From positions 276,253 through 340,252 of the forward strand of contig CAVYHE010000003.1 in the NCBI GenBank assembly GCA_963768305.1: a stretch of DNA of 64,000 nt, written 5' to 3'. The notes beneath the pieces were generated by a model. It searched no databases. It saw nothing but the letters and a program-made list of their open reading frames with translations, and was not told the DNA's origin. The translations under genes and the position numbers were made by a program. Positions 11,444 to 22,502 of this stretch are shown one piece after another. This DNA comes from an uncultured bacterium (GTDB lineage Bacteria > Margulisbacteria > WOR-1 > CAVSGV01). Numbering within the stretch: the stretch's first letter is position 1; every line of letters starts with the position of its first letter.

Positions 11444-12359
11444 TCAGAATAACATGTTGAGTTTGCCGCTGTCAACAAGCTCAAGTTCAAGTTTGACCTT
11501 GAACTTTTCATTTACACTGGATTTAACTTTACGAATCAAAGTTTTAACGTCCTTTGCCTTTGCCTGCCCGAGATTGATGATGAAATTCCCGTGTTTTTTT
11601 GAAACTTCCGCATCCCCCGCCCTTAATCCTTTGCATCCCGCCATATCTATCAATTTTCCCGCAGGAACATCTTTCGGATTCTTAAAGACAGATCCAGCGC
11701 TTGGCGCTGAAAGCGGCTGCATCTCTTTTCGCTTTGAGATAACTTCCTTCATCCTGTTCTGGATATTGACCTTGCTTTTGTTCGTCAATTTCAGCCCGAC
11801 GCCGGTCAGGATGCAATCATGGATATTGCTTTTCCTGTAAGAAAATTTCAGGTCTGATGCCGTCATTCTTTGCGTTTTGCCGTCCGCATCGATGATATCG
11901 GCATATTCACCAAGACTCCCGATATCCTGCCCGAAAGCTCCCATGTTCATAACAACAGCTCCTCCGACCGCGGCCGGGACCCCTGCTGAGAACTCCAATC
12001 CGGACAGACCGATCGATGCCAGTTTATTCAGCAGCGTGCTGCAGCAATGTTCCGGCACCGACATGGATCGATCTGCCGGCGCACTCAAAACCGTCCAATC
12101 CTCCGGATATTTTTATCACGATCCCCCTTATCCCGCCGTCAGGGATCAGAAGATTGGAGCCGTTGCCGATGACATATTTCTTCAGGCCCTTTGTCACGGC
12201 CAGAACATCCTGCAGTCCCAGCAAACTTTTTGGAACGACCAAAATATCCGCGGGCCCGCCTATCTTTAGAGTCGTATGGCGGCTGAGCGGCTCGTCTTTG
12301 CACGCTCTTACTGTTCTTAGCTTTTTAAGCTCCTTGAATATTTCCTGATTATTGGACAT
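11444..12359 (-). CDS. murB: UDP-N-acetylmuramate dehydrogenase (frameshift ~12050)
   Basis: HTTLKIGGPAD, GNGSNLL, MNMGAFG, SAGSVFKNP, KHGNFIIN. Confidence 0.92.
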
Positions 12360-13779
12360 TTCCCTTTAACCTGCTGTATATCTCTTTCCCGACATTATTG
12401 ATATCTCCCGCACCCATTGTGATGATAATGTCATTAGGGCGGGAGATCTCCACGATATAGCCGGCTATCAGCTCTCTTTTCTTGAAATACACCACTTCTT
12501 TATTGTATTTTTTTATTTCATTCAGGATCGTTTCCCCTGAGATACCAACTATAGGGTGTTCGCCGGCGCTGTAAATATCGGCCAGGATAACGACGTCAGC
12601 GTTCTGGAATGCGCTTCCGAATTCCTGAAAAAGGTGCGCGGTCCTGGTGAACCTGTGAGGCTGAAAAATGCAGATGACGCGCCTTTCGGGATATCCGAGC
12701 TTGGCGGCCTCGAGCGTTTTTGCCACTTCCGTGGGATGATGCCCGTAATCATCCACTATCATTATGTCGTTTATTTCCCCGACGATCTGGAACCTTCGCT
12801 TAGCTCCCGTGAACAACTGAAGGCCGCTGATGACCTGCTGGAATTCGCAGCCCAGCTGCGTTGTTACGGCTATCGTCGCAAGCGCGTTCTCAATGTTCTG
12901 ATTTCCCGGCACGCACAATGTACAGCTGCCGAGCATCGTACCCTTGTTGTGGACATCGAACTTGGACCTTCTTTCGCTGAATATGACATTGTCAGCCCAG
13001 AAATCCAGATCGTTCGACATGCCGTATGTGATGATCTTTTTATTCGGGATATTCTTTTTCAGCGCTTCCATTCCCTTCCCGTCCCCCCCCATCACGATAA
13101 AGCCGTCGCCAGGCACAAGGTCGGCAAAACGCGAAAATGAATCCACCACATTATCGAACGTTCCGAAATGCTCCATGTGATCGCACTCGACGTTCGTTAT
13201 CACTTCCACGGTAGGATGAAGCGTAAGGAACGAACCGTCGCTCTCATCGGCTTCAGCCACGACATATTCCTGCTCTCCCAGGCGCGCGTTCCCGTCCACG
13301 TCATTTGCTTCTCCTCCGATAAGGAAAGTGGGGTCCTTATCGCATCTCGAAAGCGCCATTGCGATCATGGAAGTCGTGGTCGTCTTCCCGTGAGTTCCCG
13401 CGACCGCGATCCTTATCTTGAACTGGTCCATTATCCAGGAAAGCATTTCGGCCCTTTTTTCAATGGGTATCCCGGACGAGATCGATTCTTCGATCTCAGC
13501 GTTGCCGGACGGGATCGCGGAGGAAACAACGGTCAGATCGGCGCCTCTCACATTTGTTCTGTCGTGGCCGATGAACACTTTCGCTCCCATGTCTTTCAGC
13601 CTTATCGTGTTCGCAGATTCTTTCAGGTCCGACCCCGTGACCTTATATCCTTTTTTAATGAGTATTTTGGCGATAGCGCTCATGCCGCACCCGCCGATGC
13701 CGACGAAATGCACGATGCGTATCTTGTTCATATCCGGCTTATTTGCCGGCACGTTTTTTTCTTTTTTTGTCATTGACAT
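12349..13779 (-). CDS. murC: UDP-N-acetylmuramate-L-alanine ligase
   Basis: HFVGIGGCGMS, GTHGKTTT, EADESDGSF, DDYGHHPTE. Confidence 0.96.
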   Translation of the reverse strand: MSMTKKEKNVPANKPDMNKIRIVHFVGIGGCGMSAIAKILIKKGYKVTGSDLKESANTIRLKDMGAKVFIGHDRTNVRGADLTVVSSAIPSGNAEIEESISSGIPIEKRAEMLSWIMDQFKIRIAVAGTHGKTTTTSMIAMALSRCDKDPTFLIGGEANDVDGNARLGEQEYVVAEADESDGSFLTLHPTVEVITNVECDHMEHFGTFDNVVDSFSRFADLVPGDGFIVMGGDGKGMEALKKNIPNKKIITYGMSNDLDFWADNVIFSERRSKFDVHNKGTMLGSCTLCVPGNQNIENALATIAVTTQLGCEFQQVISGLQLFTGAKRRFQIVGEINDIMIVDDYGHHPTEVAKTLEAAKLGYPERRVICIFQPHRFTRTAHLFQEFGSAFQNADVVILADIYSAGEHPIVGISGETILNEIKKYNKEVVYFKKRELIAGYIVEISRPNDIIITMGAGDINNVGKEIYSRLKGNVQ

Positions 13780-14872
13780 AAAGTTCAATCCCCATGATAT
13801 TGGCGATTATATCCACAAAATCTTTCGCCGCCTTCGGCCTTCCAAGCAATGCGCTTGCAGACGACATTTTCGCGTGCAATTCCCTGTCCTTGATTATCTT
13901 TTCGATATTCCGGATAAGGATATCCTTGTTCAATTCTTTGTCTTTAATAATGACCGCCGCACCGGAATCTTTTAACAGGCCGGCATTCCTGTCCTGATGG
14001 CCTTCCGCTGAGAACGGGAACGGGATCAGGATGGACGGCAATCCCCGGGCGATTATCTCTGATATGGCCGTAGCTCCAGCCCGGGAAACCACCAGATCAC
14101 ATGCGGCGAGCCCGTCCCATACATTATACATATAAGATATCAGGTGATAGAAGGGGTAATTTTCTTTAACTGTCCCTTTTATCCAGCCGTGGTCCCTCTC
14201 TCCGCAGACATGAACGACCTGGATGTTCATTTCCGCAAGCTCAGGCAATGCCTCAATGACCGCCTTATTTATTGATCTTGCTCCCTGGCTCCCTCCAAGA
14301 ATAAGCAGTATCTTTTGGTCCTGGCGCAGCCCCATTTTTTGTATCGCAATGCTTTTAACGGCTTGAACTATGTTTTTTCTTACAGGTCCTCCGACGCAAT
14401 ACACCTTTTTCCATTTAAAATATTTTCTTTGCGAATCAAATCCAATGTTGACCGCCGTGGCGAACCATTTGCATATCTTCGTCGCAAGCCCCGGGATAAG
14501 GTTGCCTTCATGGAGGATTATCGGTATTCTCCTGAAAGAACCGGCAAGAACTACAGGCAGGCTCACAAATCCGCCTGTGGCAACGATTATGTCAGGCTTG
14601 AACGTTTTAATGACGTTGAGAGAATCAAAAAATCCCGCGACCGCATAGAACGGCGACGTTATCGCTTTAAGCGACAGTTTCCTGAGCATCCCTCTTGCTT
14701 TTATGGTCACCAGCGAGAACCTTGCTTCGGGGACTATCTTTTCCTCTATTCCGCCCTCACTGCCCACAAAAAGGACCTGGCTGTCCAGCATCCTGTCCTG
14801 GATCGCTTCGGCGATCGCTATCGCAGGATAAATATGTCCGCCCGTCCCGCCGCCTACCATTAAAACTTTCAT
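13739..14872 (-). CDS. murG: MurG glycosyltransferase
   Basis: GGGTGGHIYP, GGSQGA, SRAGA. Confidence 0.96.
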   Translation of the reverse strand: MKVLMVGGGTGGHIYPAIAIAEAIQDRMLDSQVLFVGSEGGIEEKIVPEARFSLVTIKARGMLRKLSLKAITSPFYAVAGFFDSLNVIKTFKPDIIVATGGFVSLPVVLAGSFRRIPIILHEGNLIPGLATKICKWFATAVNIGFDSQRKYFKWKKVYCVGGPVRKNIVQAVKSIAIQKMGLRQDQKILLILGGSQGARSINKAVIEALPELAEMNIQVVHVCGERDHGWIKGTVKENYPFYHLISYMYNVWDGLAACDLVVSRAGATAISEIIARGLPSILIPFPFSAEGHQDRNAGLLKDSGAAVIIKDKELNKDILIRNIEKIIKDRELHAKMSSASALLGRPKAAKDFVDIIANIMGIELYVNDKKRKKRAGK

Positions 14873-14873
14873 G

Positions 14874-15974
14874 CTACGCTTTTTCCCCTCTCGGAGGCGC
14901 ATACCGTGAAACATTAAGAAGGATGCCGGCCCCGAAAAGTGCGGTCACAAGCGACGTTCCGCCGTAGCTGACGAACGGGAGCGGAATGCCTGTGGTCGGA
15001 AGTATCCCCATTACCACGCTCATGTTCAATACCGCCTGAAGGGATATCCATGCGACTATGCCCGCGCATAAAAGCATAAGGAACGGATCGGGCGCATTCC
15101 TTACAATGCGCACTCCGCGGGCCGCGAAGATAATGAAAAGAAAGATCAGGAAAAGAGCCCCGATCAAACCCATTTCCTCGCAATATATCGCAAAAATGAA
15201 ATCAGTGTAATTTTGCGGAAGATAGAAGAATTTCTGCCTGCTCCCTCCCAGTCCGAGGCCGAACAACCCTCCGCTGCCCACCGCGATCAGAGATTGGATT
15301 ATATGAAAACCTATCCCTCTTGGGTCTTCCCACGGGTCCCTGAAGGCCAGAAGCCGATTCACCCTGTAAGGGCTTTTAATGCTGATAAAAATGATTCCGA
15401 AGATCCCGGCAATAATGATTGACAAAAAATTCTTTCCGGGGGTTCCTGCAAGATAAAATATCACAAAAGCGACCATCGATATTACAATGGCTGTTCCTAT
15501 ATCCGGTTCCATTATAATGAGAAGAACGAAAGCCAGCGTCGCCGATAAAGCCGGTAATGCAGCCTTGGATAATGGTTTGGATGAAAGCTCTTTGGCCAGG
15601 TAAATTATCAGCGCCATCTTGGCGATCTCCGCCGGCTGGAACGAGAACAAGCTCGCGTTCAACCACCTGTGTGCGCCGCTTACCCTGATACCCGCACCCG
15701 GTATCAGAACGGCGAGAAGAAGGAAAAGTGCTGCAACGATAATATAAGCAGCCTTGTCCTTCAAAATATCCGGGTCAAGACGGAAGCCCGCGTACAATGC
15801 GACGAGACCCAGAGCCAGAGAAATAAGATGTTTTTTCAGATAAAAAAAGCTGTCGCCATGCCGCATCGCCATGGTAGGGCTTGCGGAAAATACCATGAGC
15901 ACGCCCACCGATAAAAGAGCGGCAATGACGAAGAGCAGCCAAAAATCCGGGCGCGATCTATAAATTCTTGACAA
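14874..15974 (-). CDS. ftsW: FtsW lipid II polymerase (start approximate)
   Basis: FQPAEIAK, YTDFIFAI, GIPLPFVSYGGTS; dcw cluster. Confidence 0.92.
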   Translation of the reverse strand: MSRIYRSRPDFWLLFVIAALLSVGVLMVFSASPTMAMRHGDSFFYLKKHLISLALGLVALYAGFRLDPDILKDKAAYIIVAALFLLLAVLIPGAGIRVSGAHRWLNASLFSFQPAEIAKMALIIYLAKELSSKPLSKAALPALSATLAFVLLIIMEPDIGTAIVISMVAFVIFYLAGTPGKNFLSIIIAGIFGIIFISIKSPYRVNRLLAFRDPWEDPRGIGFHIIQSLIAVGSGGLFGLGLGGSRQKFFYLPQNYTDFIFAIYCEEMGLIGALFLIFLFIIFAARGVRIVRNAPDPFLMLLCAGIVAWISLQAVLNMSVVMGILPTTGIPLPFVSYGGTSLVTALFGAGILLNVSRYAPPRGEKA

Positions 15975-17274
15975 TATGTTTAAAGATCCTTCCTCTTTCT
16001 TCAAAATCCCTGAACATGTCAAAGCTCGCGCAGGCGGGGGACAAAAGCACCGCGTCGCCGCAAGTCGCGGACTTATATGAACGTTCAACGGCTTCTTTGA
16101 AATTCTTCGCTTGATCGATGTTCTTAAAGCCCGATCTTATTAAAGCTTGCCGGAATCTGTCTTTTGCCTCTCCTATCAGAACAACATCTTTCACGTGGCT
16201 TCTTATCTCTTTGCAAAGGCCCGAAAGATCCGTCATCTTATCCCTGCCGCCCAGGATAAGGATTATACCGTGCGCTGGATAAAGGGCTTTGATCGCAACG
16301 ATAGTGGAATCCGGGTTCGTCCCTTTTGAATCATTGAAAAATGAGATCCCCTTTGTTTTTCTAACGAATTCTATCCTGTGTTCGACCCCTTTGAATCCCA
16401 TCAATGTCCTTTTGATCGATGACGCGGGGACTTTGCATATGACGGCAGCGGCGATCGCTGCAAGGCAATTTTCAATATTGTGAGCGCCTTTTATCTTTAT
16501 CTCGCCGACCTTACAGACACGTTTTGAGCCGTAAAAGATCGTTCCATTATCCACATAGGCGCCGTCCTTGACCCGCTTTTTTTGGCTGAAGCCTATTTTT
16601 TTACATTTCGCTTTTCGTGAGAGCGCGTCAACGCGTTCATCATCGCGGTTATAAACAAGGAAATCGCCCCTGCCCTGCCTGCCAAATATCCTTGATTTTG
16701 CGCTCACATACTCTTTCATGGTCCTGTGCCGAGTCAAATGGTCTTCTGTTATGTTCAAGATAATGCTTATCCACGGTCTGAAATCTTTCACTGTTTCCAG
16801 CTGATAGCTGCTTATCTCCGCTACTATCAGGTCCAGTTTCGCATCATTAACGGAGATAAGTGGTTTGCCGATATTACCGGCTATCGCGACCTTTCTGCCG
16901 TGATCTTTCAGTATCTGCCCGATGAGCGCTGTCGTGGTGGTCTTGCCGTTCGTTCCTGTCACTGCGATGATCGGCTTTGTAAGAAAAGAATACGCAAGCT
17001 CTATCTCGCCGATGATCGGGATATTCCTCCGTTTCGCTTTGCGCAGAACCGGGATATCCAGACTGATGCCGGGGCTGACGATTATCAGATCTGTGCCATC
17101 GAGAGCTTTTTCCGTGTGTCCGCCAAGTTCATATCGGATGCCAAATCTTTTTAATTCGGAGAAGGCCTTATTATCAAGATGCTTTTTCTCTTCCGTAAGA
17201 AAAACGGAATTGTTCCTGAGCTTTTTTGCCACGGCGATGCCGCTTTTCCCCGCCCCAAAAACAGCGATCTTCAT
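15958..17274 (-). CDS. murD: MurD ligase
   Basis: TGTNGKTTT, EISSYQL, NDSKGTN, LSPACASFD. Confidence 0.96.
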   Translation of the reverse strand: MKIAVFGAGKSGIAVAKKLRNNSVFLTEEKKHLDNKAFSELKRFGIRYELGGHTEKALDGTDLIIVSPGISLDIPVLRKAKRRNIPIIGEIELAYSFLTKPIIAVTGTNGKTTTTALIGQILKDHGRKVAIAGNIGKPLISVNDAKLDLIVAEISSYQLETVKDFRPWISIILNITEDHLTRHRTMKEYVSAKSRIFGRQGRGDFLVYNRDDERVDALSRKAKCKKIGFSQKKRVKDGAYVDNGTIFYGSKRVCKVGEIKIKGAHNIENCLAAIAAAVICKVPASSIKRTLMGFKGVEHRIEFVRKTKGISFFNDSKGTNPDSTIVAIKALYPAHGIILILGGRDKMTDLSGLCKEIRSHVKDVVLIGEAKDRFRQALIRSGFKNIDQAKNFKEAVERSYKSATCGDAVLLSPACASFDMFRDFEERGRIFKHIVKNL

Positions 17275-18230
17275 AATATGCCGCTACACACCACGCCTGC
17301 TATGGCAAATAATATCCCGAAGACCACGAACATGGCGACGACCAGAGGTTCAGACATCCCCAGAAGCTCAAAATGATGATGAAGCGGCGCCATTTTTAAC
17401 AGCCTTTTTCCGAATGCCTTGAAGAAAGAGACTTGCGCTATCACGGAAAGCGCTTCTATGAGAAAAACCCCGCCGATAATGGCCAGGACGATCTCCATGT
17501 GAAGTATGACGGCGACGCCTGCAAGGAGCGCGCCAAGCCCGAGCGCCCCCACATCGCCCATAAAGACCTCGGCGGGATAAATATTGAACCACAAGAACGC
17601 GAAACACGCTCCGGCGGCGGCCGATGTCACCACACCGGGATCATTGGCCTGGATATAAAAGGAGATCACCGCGAAAGCGGAAAAAGCCACCGTAAGAGTG
17701 CCGGCGGCAAGCCCGTCGAGCCCGTCAGTGAGATTGACCGCGTTCGCGGTCCCTACAATAACCAGGCAGATGAAAGGGAAATATATCCAAGGAACATCAA
17801 AATGGAGCTGCTTTAATATCCCGCTTACGTCGCTGTTGTGGCCGGTCCATATCAGCAGCAAAGCGAAGATGGCCGCAAAAACGAACTGCCAGAACAATTT
17901 CTGACGGGACGTCAGGCCTTCATTGTGCCGCGTACGTATCTTGATAAGGTCATCGACGAATCCAAGCATTGAAAAAGCCAGGAAAAGCAGGACCAGCGCA
18001 AAATATTTCAATTCCATGTCGATATTGATGAGGATTATTATGAACAAAAGGATCGCGACCATTATCGCTATCCCGCCCATAGTGGGGGTTCCGGCTTTCA
18101 TAAGGTGGGATGAAGGCCCTTCCTGGCGGATGGACTGGCCGATCTTAAATACCTTTAACACCCAAACAACAGGGAAGCTGATAAGCCAGCAGGCCATAGC
18201 GGAAAAAAGGAACGTGATAAGAAGGCTCAT
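17271..18230 (-). CDS. mraY: Phospho-MurNAc-pentapeptide translocase
   Basis: KAGTPTMGG, NAVNLTDGLDGL, FMGDVG, MAPLHHHFE. Confidence 0.97.
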   Translation of the reverse strand: MSLLITFLFSAMACWLISFPVVWVLKVFKIGQSIRQEGPSSHLMKAGTPTMGGIAIMVAILLFIIILINIDMELKYFALVLLFLAFSMLGFVDDLIKIRTRHNEGLTSRQKLFWQFVFAAIFALLLIWTGHNSDVSGILKQLHFDVPWIYFPFICLVIVGTANAVNLTDGLDGLAAGTLTVAFSAFAVISFYIQANDPGVVTSAAAGACFAFLWFNIYPAEVFMGDVGALGLGALLAGVAVILHMEIVLAIIGGVFLIEALSVIAQVSFFKAFGKRLLKMAPLHHHFELLGMSEPLVVAMFVVFGILFAIAGVVCSGIL

Positions 18231-18251
18231 ATATCGGGATTATATCAAAAT

Positions 18252-18289
18252 AAAAAACCCCCGTCTACATTCTGGTAAACGGGGGTTTT
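18252..18289 (-). terminator. Rho-independent terminator
   Basis: AAAACCCCCG...CGGGGGTTTT hairpin with T-tract, downstream of ORF 18308-18862. Confidence 0.75.
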
Positions 18290-18307
18290 ATCAGATGCAA
18301 TGCTTAT

Positions 18308-18862
18308 TTAGAAATCGAGATTTATGCCCAGCGAAATAAGCGTCGGAAGGCCTATTCCCAGCCTTGTCCTGACGTTATCTGTCAGAAGCCATTCATATCC
18401 CATTTCAGCGTTGAGGATGCCCAGCTCAACATAGGTCAAATGATTGACACCAAGCATGTTCCTCGCCTGGGTGGGGACGTCACTGTCGCTTATGCCGGGG
18501 TTGTTTTTCTTTACCGCTATTACGGCCGCTTTCATGTCCGCGACTGACGGATATCCGCTGAACCATGTATAGCCGAACCCTATCCCCGAGATCAATCCGT
18601 ATTCATCTCTCGGGAAGTCGATGCCGTCCTTGTCAACGAACCCTATTAAAGGGCTGCCGCCGAAACCAAGGCCGATAGTGAAATGGTTGGTGATGACGGA
18701 CGGATCTGCCGCTCCCAACGCCGGTTCAGCTGGCGGCGTCGGAGGCGTCACTACCTCAGCTTTTGGTTTTTCGGTGGTAGGCGCAGGTGCTCCCGCGAAT
18801 GCCGCCATTCCGAAGAGCGAAACAAAAACCGTAGCCATTAACACATACTTTGCTATCTTCAT
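18308..18862 (-). CDS. Secreted/outer-membrane hypothetical protein
   Basis: Signal peptide, Pro-rich linker, C-terminal GINLDF beta-signal. Confidence 0.7.
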   Translation of the reverse strand: MKIAKYVLMATVFVSLFGMAAFAGAPAPTTEKPKAEVVTPPTPPAEPALGAADPSVITNHFTIGLGFGGSPLIGFVDKDGIDFPRDEYGLISGIGFGYTWFSGYPSVADMKAAVIAVKKNNPGISDSDVPTQARNMLGVNHLTYVELGILNAEMGYEWLLTDNVRTRLGIGLPTLISLGINLDF

Positions 18863-18946
18863 TTTTTTACCCCCCTCAATTTATTTTGGAACTGTGTGAA
18901 TTATAAACCACGAGTAATATTTGTCAAGGGGGAATTTTGGCCAAAA

Positions 18947-18978
18947 GAAAAACCCCGGTTTTTACGCCGGGGTTTTCT
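18947..18978 (-). terminator. Rho-independent terminator
   Basis: AAAACCCCGG-loop-CCGGGGTTTT. Confidence 0.75.
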
Positions 18979-19010
18979 TGAGACTTAAATATATATAAGT
19001 CCTTCAGGAA

Positions 19011-19795
19011 CTAGAACATGTACACATAGCCGACTGAGAGACCGGAAACTGAGCTGGCAGAGCCATCCTTATCGCCTGTGGCCGAATGCCCATGCGCCGT
19101 GACCTCGCCCCAAGAATCATTTTCCGTATCATACTCAATTGCTACCGCCTGGTTATCGGCAATGCCGACATAAACGCCCAGGTTGAACATAAGGCCGGTA
19201 CCGGGGACGGCATCAACTTTTGAACCGCCAATAGTTTTCCCTAAATCCTGTGACAAGGATTTCAGGGCTACCCCTCCGTACGGCACGCAGATACCGATCT
19301 GCTTGCTGAATATCGCGGCAAGAGCATAGGTGGTCACAACGACTGATGTGTTTGAGAGGTTATCTGCCTTCAAGCCAACAGTGGACTGCTCATAGCCGAC
19401 CAATACCGCTGCATCGCAAGGTAACATGTTCACGGATTTCGGAAGCGTATATTTCACGCCTAAATCGAGAATGCTGCCGGATGTCTGTTTTACGCCTGGT
19501 AATATGTCATCCAATGCCGGGATGTTAACCAGAGTAGTAACAGCATAGCCGCCCACAACATCCAGTCCGTCCATTATTCCGTAGGTTCCTTTGACGCCTA
19601 AGCCTGTTGCATCCATAAATCTGGGGATCCATTTGGTTGTTATTTGCGATATTGCCATTATGGCTGCCTCCATAAACGCCCAACAGGTCCCAGTTGCCCT
19701 TGCCCACTCCATTGGCGGTCAAAAAGCTGACCGACGCGAATGAAGAAGCGGCGAACATCATGATTATCAGCTAATGCTAAAATTGTTTTCTTCAT
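19011..19795 (-). CDS. Outer-membrane beta-barrel protein (frameshifted)
   Basis: MKKTILALA signal from 19795 after GGAGG; alternating beta pattern; ends VGYVYMF. Confidence 0.65.
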
Positions 19796-19910
19796 AATTT
19801 TCCTCCATTTTTCATTTTGAAAAAACGGATTTCTTTTTCACCTCCTTTCATTTAAATTTGATTTAAAATGTAATGCCAGGATCGAACTAGCCGATCATGG
19901 CAACCGACCT

Positions 19911-20573
19911 TTACTTTGCTTTAAAAAGATTCGTCAGGAAATCCGCCGCAATGTCCTTGCAGCCAAGCCCGAAAGCTATGGCGAACGCAAGTCCCACGGC
20001 GCCTACTATCACGCTGAACGACGCGACTATTATCGCCGATGAGATCCCGAGTATCTCTATCGCCTTCAAAAAACCGAAAATATTAACGCTGTACTGAGCG
20101 ATCCTCGCAAGTGTCTTTGAGTTGGAAAGGCCCACATTGTTCGCTATGACCATCACTATGCCGGCAATGACAACGGAAAGAAAGATCGAAAGCCCCATAA
20201 TGAAAATGGCGGCAATGACAGCGACGGAATAATTAAGGAGCATGTTCAAGAGCTCTTTCGAATTCGCGGGGCCGTACGCCATCGCTATGGAAGTGACCGA
20301 GATGAATATAACGAGCCAGTACACCAATTCTCCCAGAAGTTCCGTCGGGGATCTCTTTATTTCGCCCCTTGTGAGGAACGGCGTGAAGCCTATGGATGCA
20401 AGGCCTTTATCAAGCATGGCGGCTTTTAATATGTATACAACGATGAGCTGGAGCCCTTTTGCGACAAGAAGAGCGACAAGCAGAAGCACCAGAGAGACCA
20501 GAAGATTGAGAAGCAAAGGAGAAATCGTGTTCGCGACATCCATTATCGGATTCAATATCATTTGTAAGTCCAT
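19911..20573 (-). CDS. CmpX/MscS-like TM-helix-repeat membrane protein
   Basis: Multi-TM; GLAFAIAFGLGCKD motif. Confidence 0.75.
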   Translation of the reverse strand: MDLQMILNPIMDVANTISPLLLNLLVSLVLLLVALLVAKGLQLIVVYILKAAMLDKGLASIGFTPFLTRGEIKRSPTELLGELVYWLVIFISVTSIAMAYGPANSKELLNMLLNYSVAVIAAIFIMGLSIFLSVVIAGIVMVIANNVGLSNSKTLARIAQYSVNIFGFLKAIEILGISSAIIVASFSVIVGAVGLAFAIAFGLGCKDIAADFLTNLFKAK

Positions 20574-20649
20574 TGTTTTATTCCCCTCTCGTGATTGAAC
20601 ATTGAAATAATTATGATAACTAGAACCTTAAGTTTTCGTTATCACCCCC

Positions 20650-20865
20650 TCAAGTGATGGACAGTATCAATGATATCAGCATAAATACGCCCGCGCAAGC
20701 ATAAGTTATCCTGTCCAGGCCTTCTTCAAGTCCCTTTTGAGTGCCGAACAATCTTGCCTGCCCGCCGATCCCGCCAAGACCTTCGCCTTTCGCGGAATGG
20801 AGTAATATCGCGACAATAAGGAAAAACGCGGAAAGAACTTGAATGGATAGCAATAAACCTTTCAT
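20650..20865 (-). CDS. secG: Preprotein translocase SecG
   Basis: ILLHSAKGEGLGGIGG, two TM; downstream of gpmI. Confidence 0.9.
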   Translation of the reverse strand: MKGLLLSIQVLSAFFLIVAILLHSAKGEGLGGIGGQARLFGTQKGLEEGLDRITYACAGVFMLISLILSIT

Positions 20866-20888
20866 TGAAGCCAAAGTTTAGCACAGGG

Positions 20889-22421
20889 CTACTTCTTGTC
20901 AAGGGCTATCAAAGTTCGCCCCGTCATTTCTTTCGGCTGTTTAATGGAAAGGAGCTGAAGGATCGTCGGCGCGATGTCGGCCAGTATGCCGTTATCCCTG
21001 AGACGAGCCTTGATATCATCTGAAACAATGATGAAAGGGACCCTGTTGCACGTGTGGGCGGTCCAAGGGCCTTTTGTCTCATAATTGTATTTTTGTTCGG
21101 CGTTCCCGTGGTCGGCTGTGATGAGCGTTATTCCGCCCTGTTTTTTTACAGCGTCCGCCACTCTTCCAACGCACTTGTTCACTGTCTCCACCGCCTTGAT
21201 GGTCGCATCCAGCATACCGGAGTGGCCTACCATGTCGCAATTGGCGTAATTCATCATTATCACGTCGTATTTTCCGCTTTCGATCTCCTTTATCACGCGG
21301 TCTGTGACTTCTGGCGCGCTCATTTCAGGTTTAAGGTCATATGTCGCCACTTTCGGGGAAGGAAGAAGTATCCTGTCCTCATTTGGGAACGGTTTTTCGA
21401 CTCCGCCGTTGAAGAAGAACGTAACATGCGCGTATTTTTCCGTTTCGGCGATGCGCAGCTGTTTCTTTCCGTTTTTGCTCAAAACATCGGCCAGAATATT
21501 TTTCAGTTCCTGCGGAGGGAACGCAACAGGCGCCTTGATCGTCACGTCATACTGCGTCAGGCAGACGAAATGGGTTTTCGGATGGATTTTTCTTGTGAAA
21601 CCGTCAAAGGGATCGTCGGTGAAGCATCTGGTTATTTCCCTCGCCCTGTCGCCCCTGAAATTGAAAAAGATCACAGAATCATTATCGGATATCGTAGCGC
21701 CGCCTTTTATGACGATCGGTTTTATGAACTCGTCGGTTTCTTTCCTGTCGTACGCGTTCTGCATTGCCTGGATAGGATCAGATCCCTCAACCCCTGCTCC
21801 ACTTGTCATCGCGTCATACGCCTGCGAAACTCTCTCCCATCTCTTGTCGCGGTCCATGGCGTAGTATCTTCCGATGATCGTTGCGATCTTCCCGGTGCCA
21901 AGTTCTTTCATTTTCTTCTGCAGTTCCTCGATATAACCTTTTCCGCTTTCGGGCGGCGTGTCCCTTCCGTCCATGAAGCAGTGGACATATACATTATTGA
22001 TGTTGTTTCGTTTGGCGAAGTCGAGGAGCGCGTAGAGGTGTTTGTTGTCGCTATGTACGCCGCCGTCGGAGAGAAGTCCCATTATATGAAGGTTCGACTT
22101 ATTTTTTTTAGCGTTGCCGACAGCGCCGAGGAGGACTTTATTCCTGAAAAAATCGCCGTCTTTTATCGATTTGGTAATTCTTGTCAATTCCTGATAAACG
22201 ATGCGGCCCGCGCCGATATTAAGGTGGCCCACTTCAGAGTTGCCCATTTGGCCTTCCGGCAGGCCGACGGATTCGCCGGAGCATCCGAGCGTTGTGGATG
22301 GATATTTTTTCGCGAGGTTATTGACGGTCTGGTCTTTGCAGAGTTTGATCGCGTTAAAGTCCGAGCTTTCTCTCACTCCCCAGCCGTCCATTATTATCAA
22401 TACGAGCGGTTTGTTTGGCAT
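20889..22421 (-). CDS. gpmI: 2,3-BPG-independent phosphoglycerate mutase
   Basis: GQMGNSEVGH, SDGGVHS, ETEKYAHVTFF, ADHGNAE. Confidence 0.97.
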   Translation of the reverse strand: MPNKPLVLIIMDGWGVRESSDFNAIKLCKDQTVNNLAKKYPSTTLGCSGESVGLPEGQMGNSEVGHLNIGAGRIVYQELTRITKSIKDGDFFRNKVLLGAVGNAKKNKSNLHIMGLLSDGGVHSDNKHLYALLDFAKRNNINNVYVHCFMDGRDTPPESGKGYIEELQKKMKELGTGKIATIIGRYYAMDRDKRWERVSQAYDAMTSGAGVEGSDPIQAMQNAYDRKETDEFIKPIVIKGGATISDNDSVIFFNFRGDRAREITRCFTDDPFDGFTRKIHPKTHFVCLTQYDVTIKAPVAFPPQELKNILADVLSKNGKKQLRIAETEKYAHVTFFFNGGVEKPFPNEDRILLPSPKVATYDLKPEMSAPEVTDRVIKEIESGKYDVIMMNYANCDMVGHSGMLDATIKAVETVNKCVGRVADAVKKQGGITLITADHGNAEQKYNYETKGPWTAHTCNRVPFIIVSDDIKARLRDNGILADIAPTILQLLSIKQPKEMTGRTLIALDKK

Positions 22422-22502
22422 TTGTTAAATGATAGTAGGAAAAATGGAATTAGTAAAGCGAGAGATGAGAGATGAGGATTCTTGAAGTCACAAATTGTGA
22501 CT

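Noticed and set aside
21054..22475. Long antisense ORFs (473 aa opposite gpmI, and similar ones opposite trpE, glyA, murC)
   Set aside because: Shadow frames of well-conserved genes
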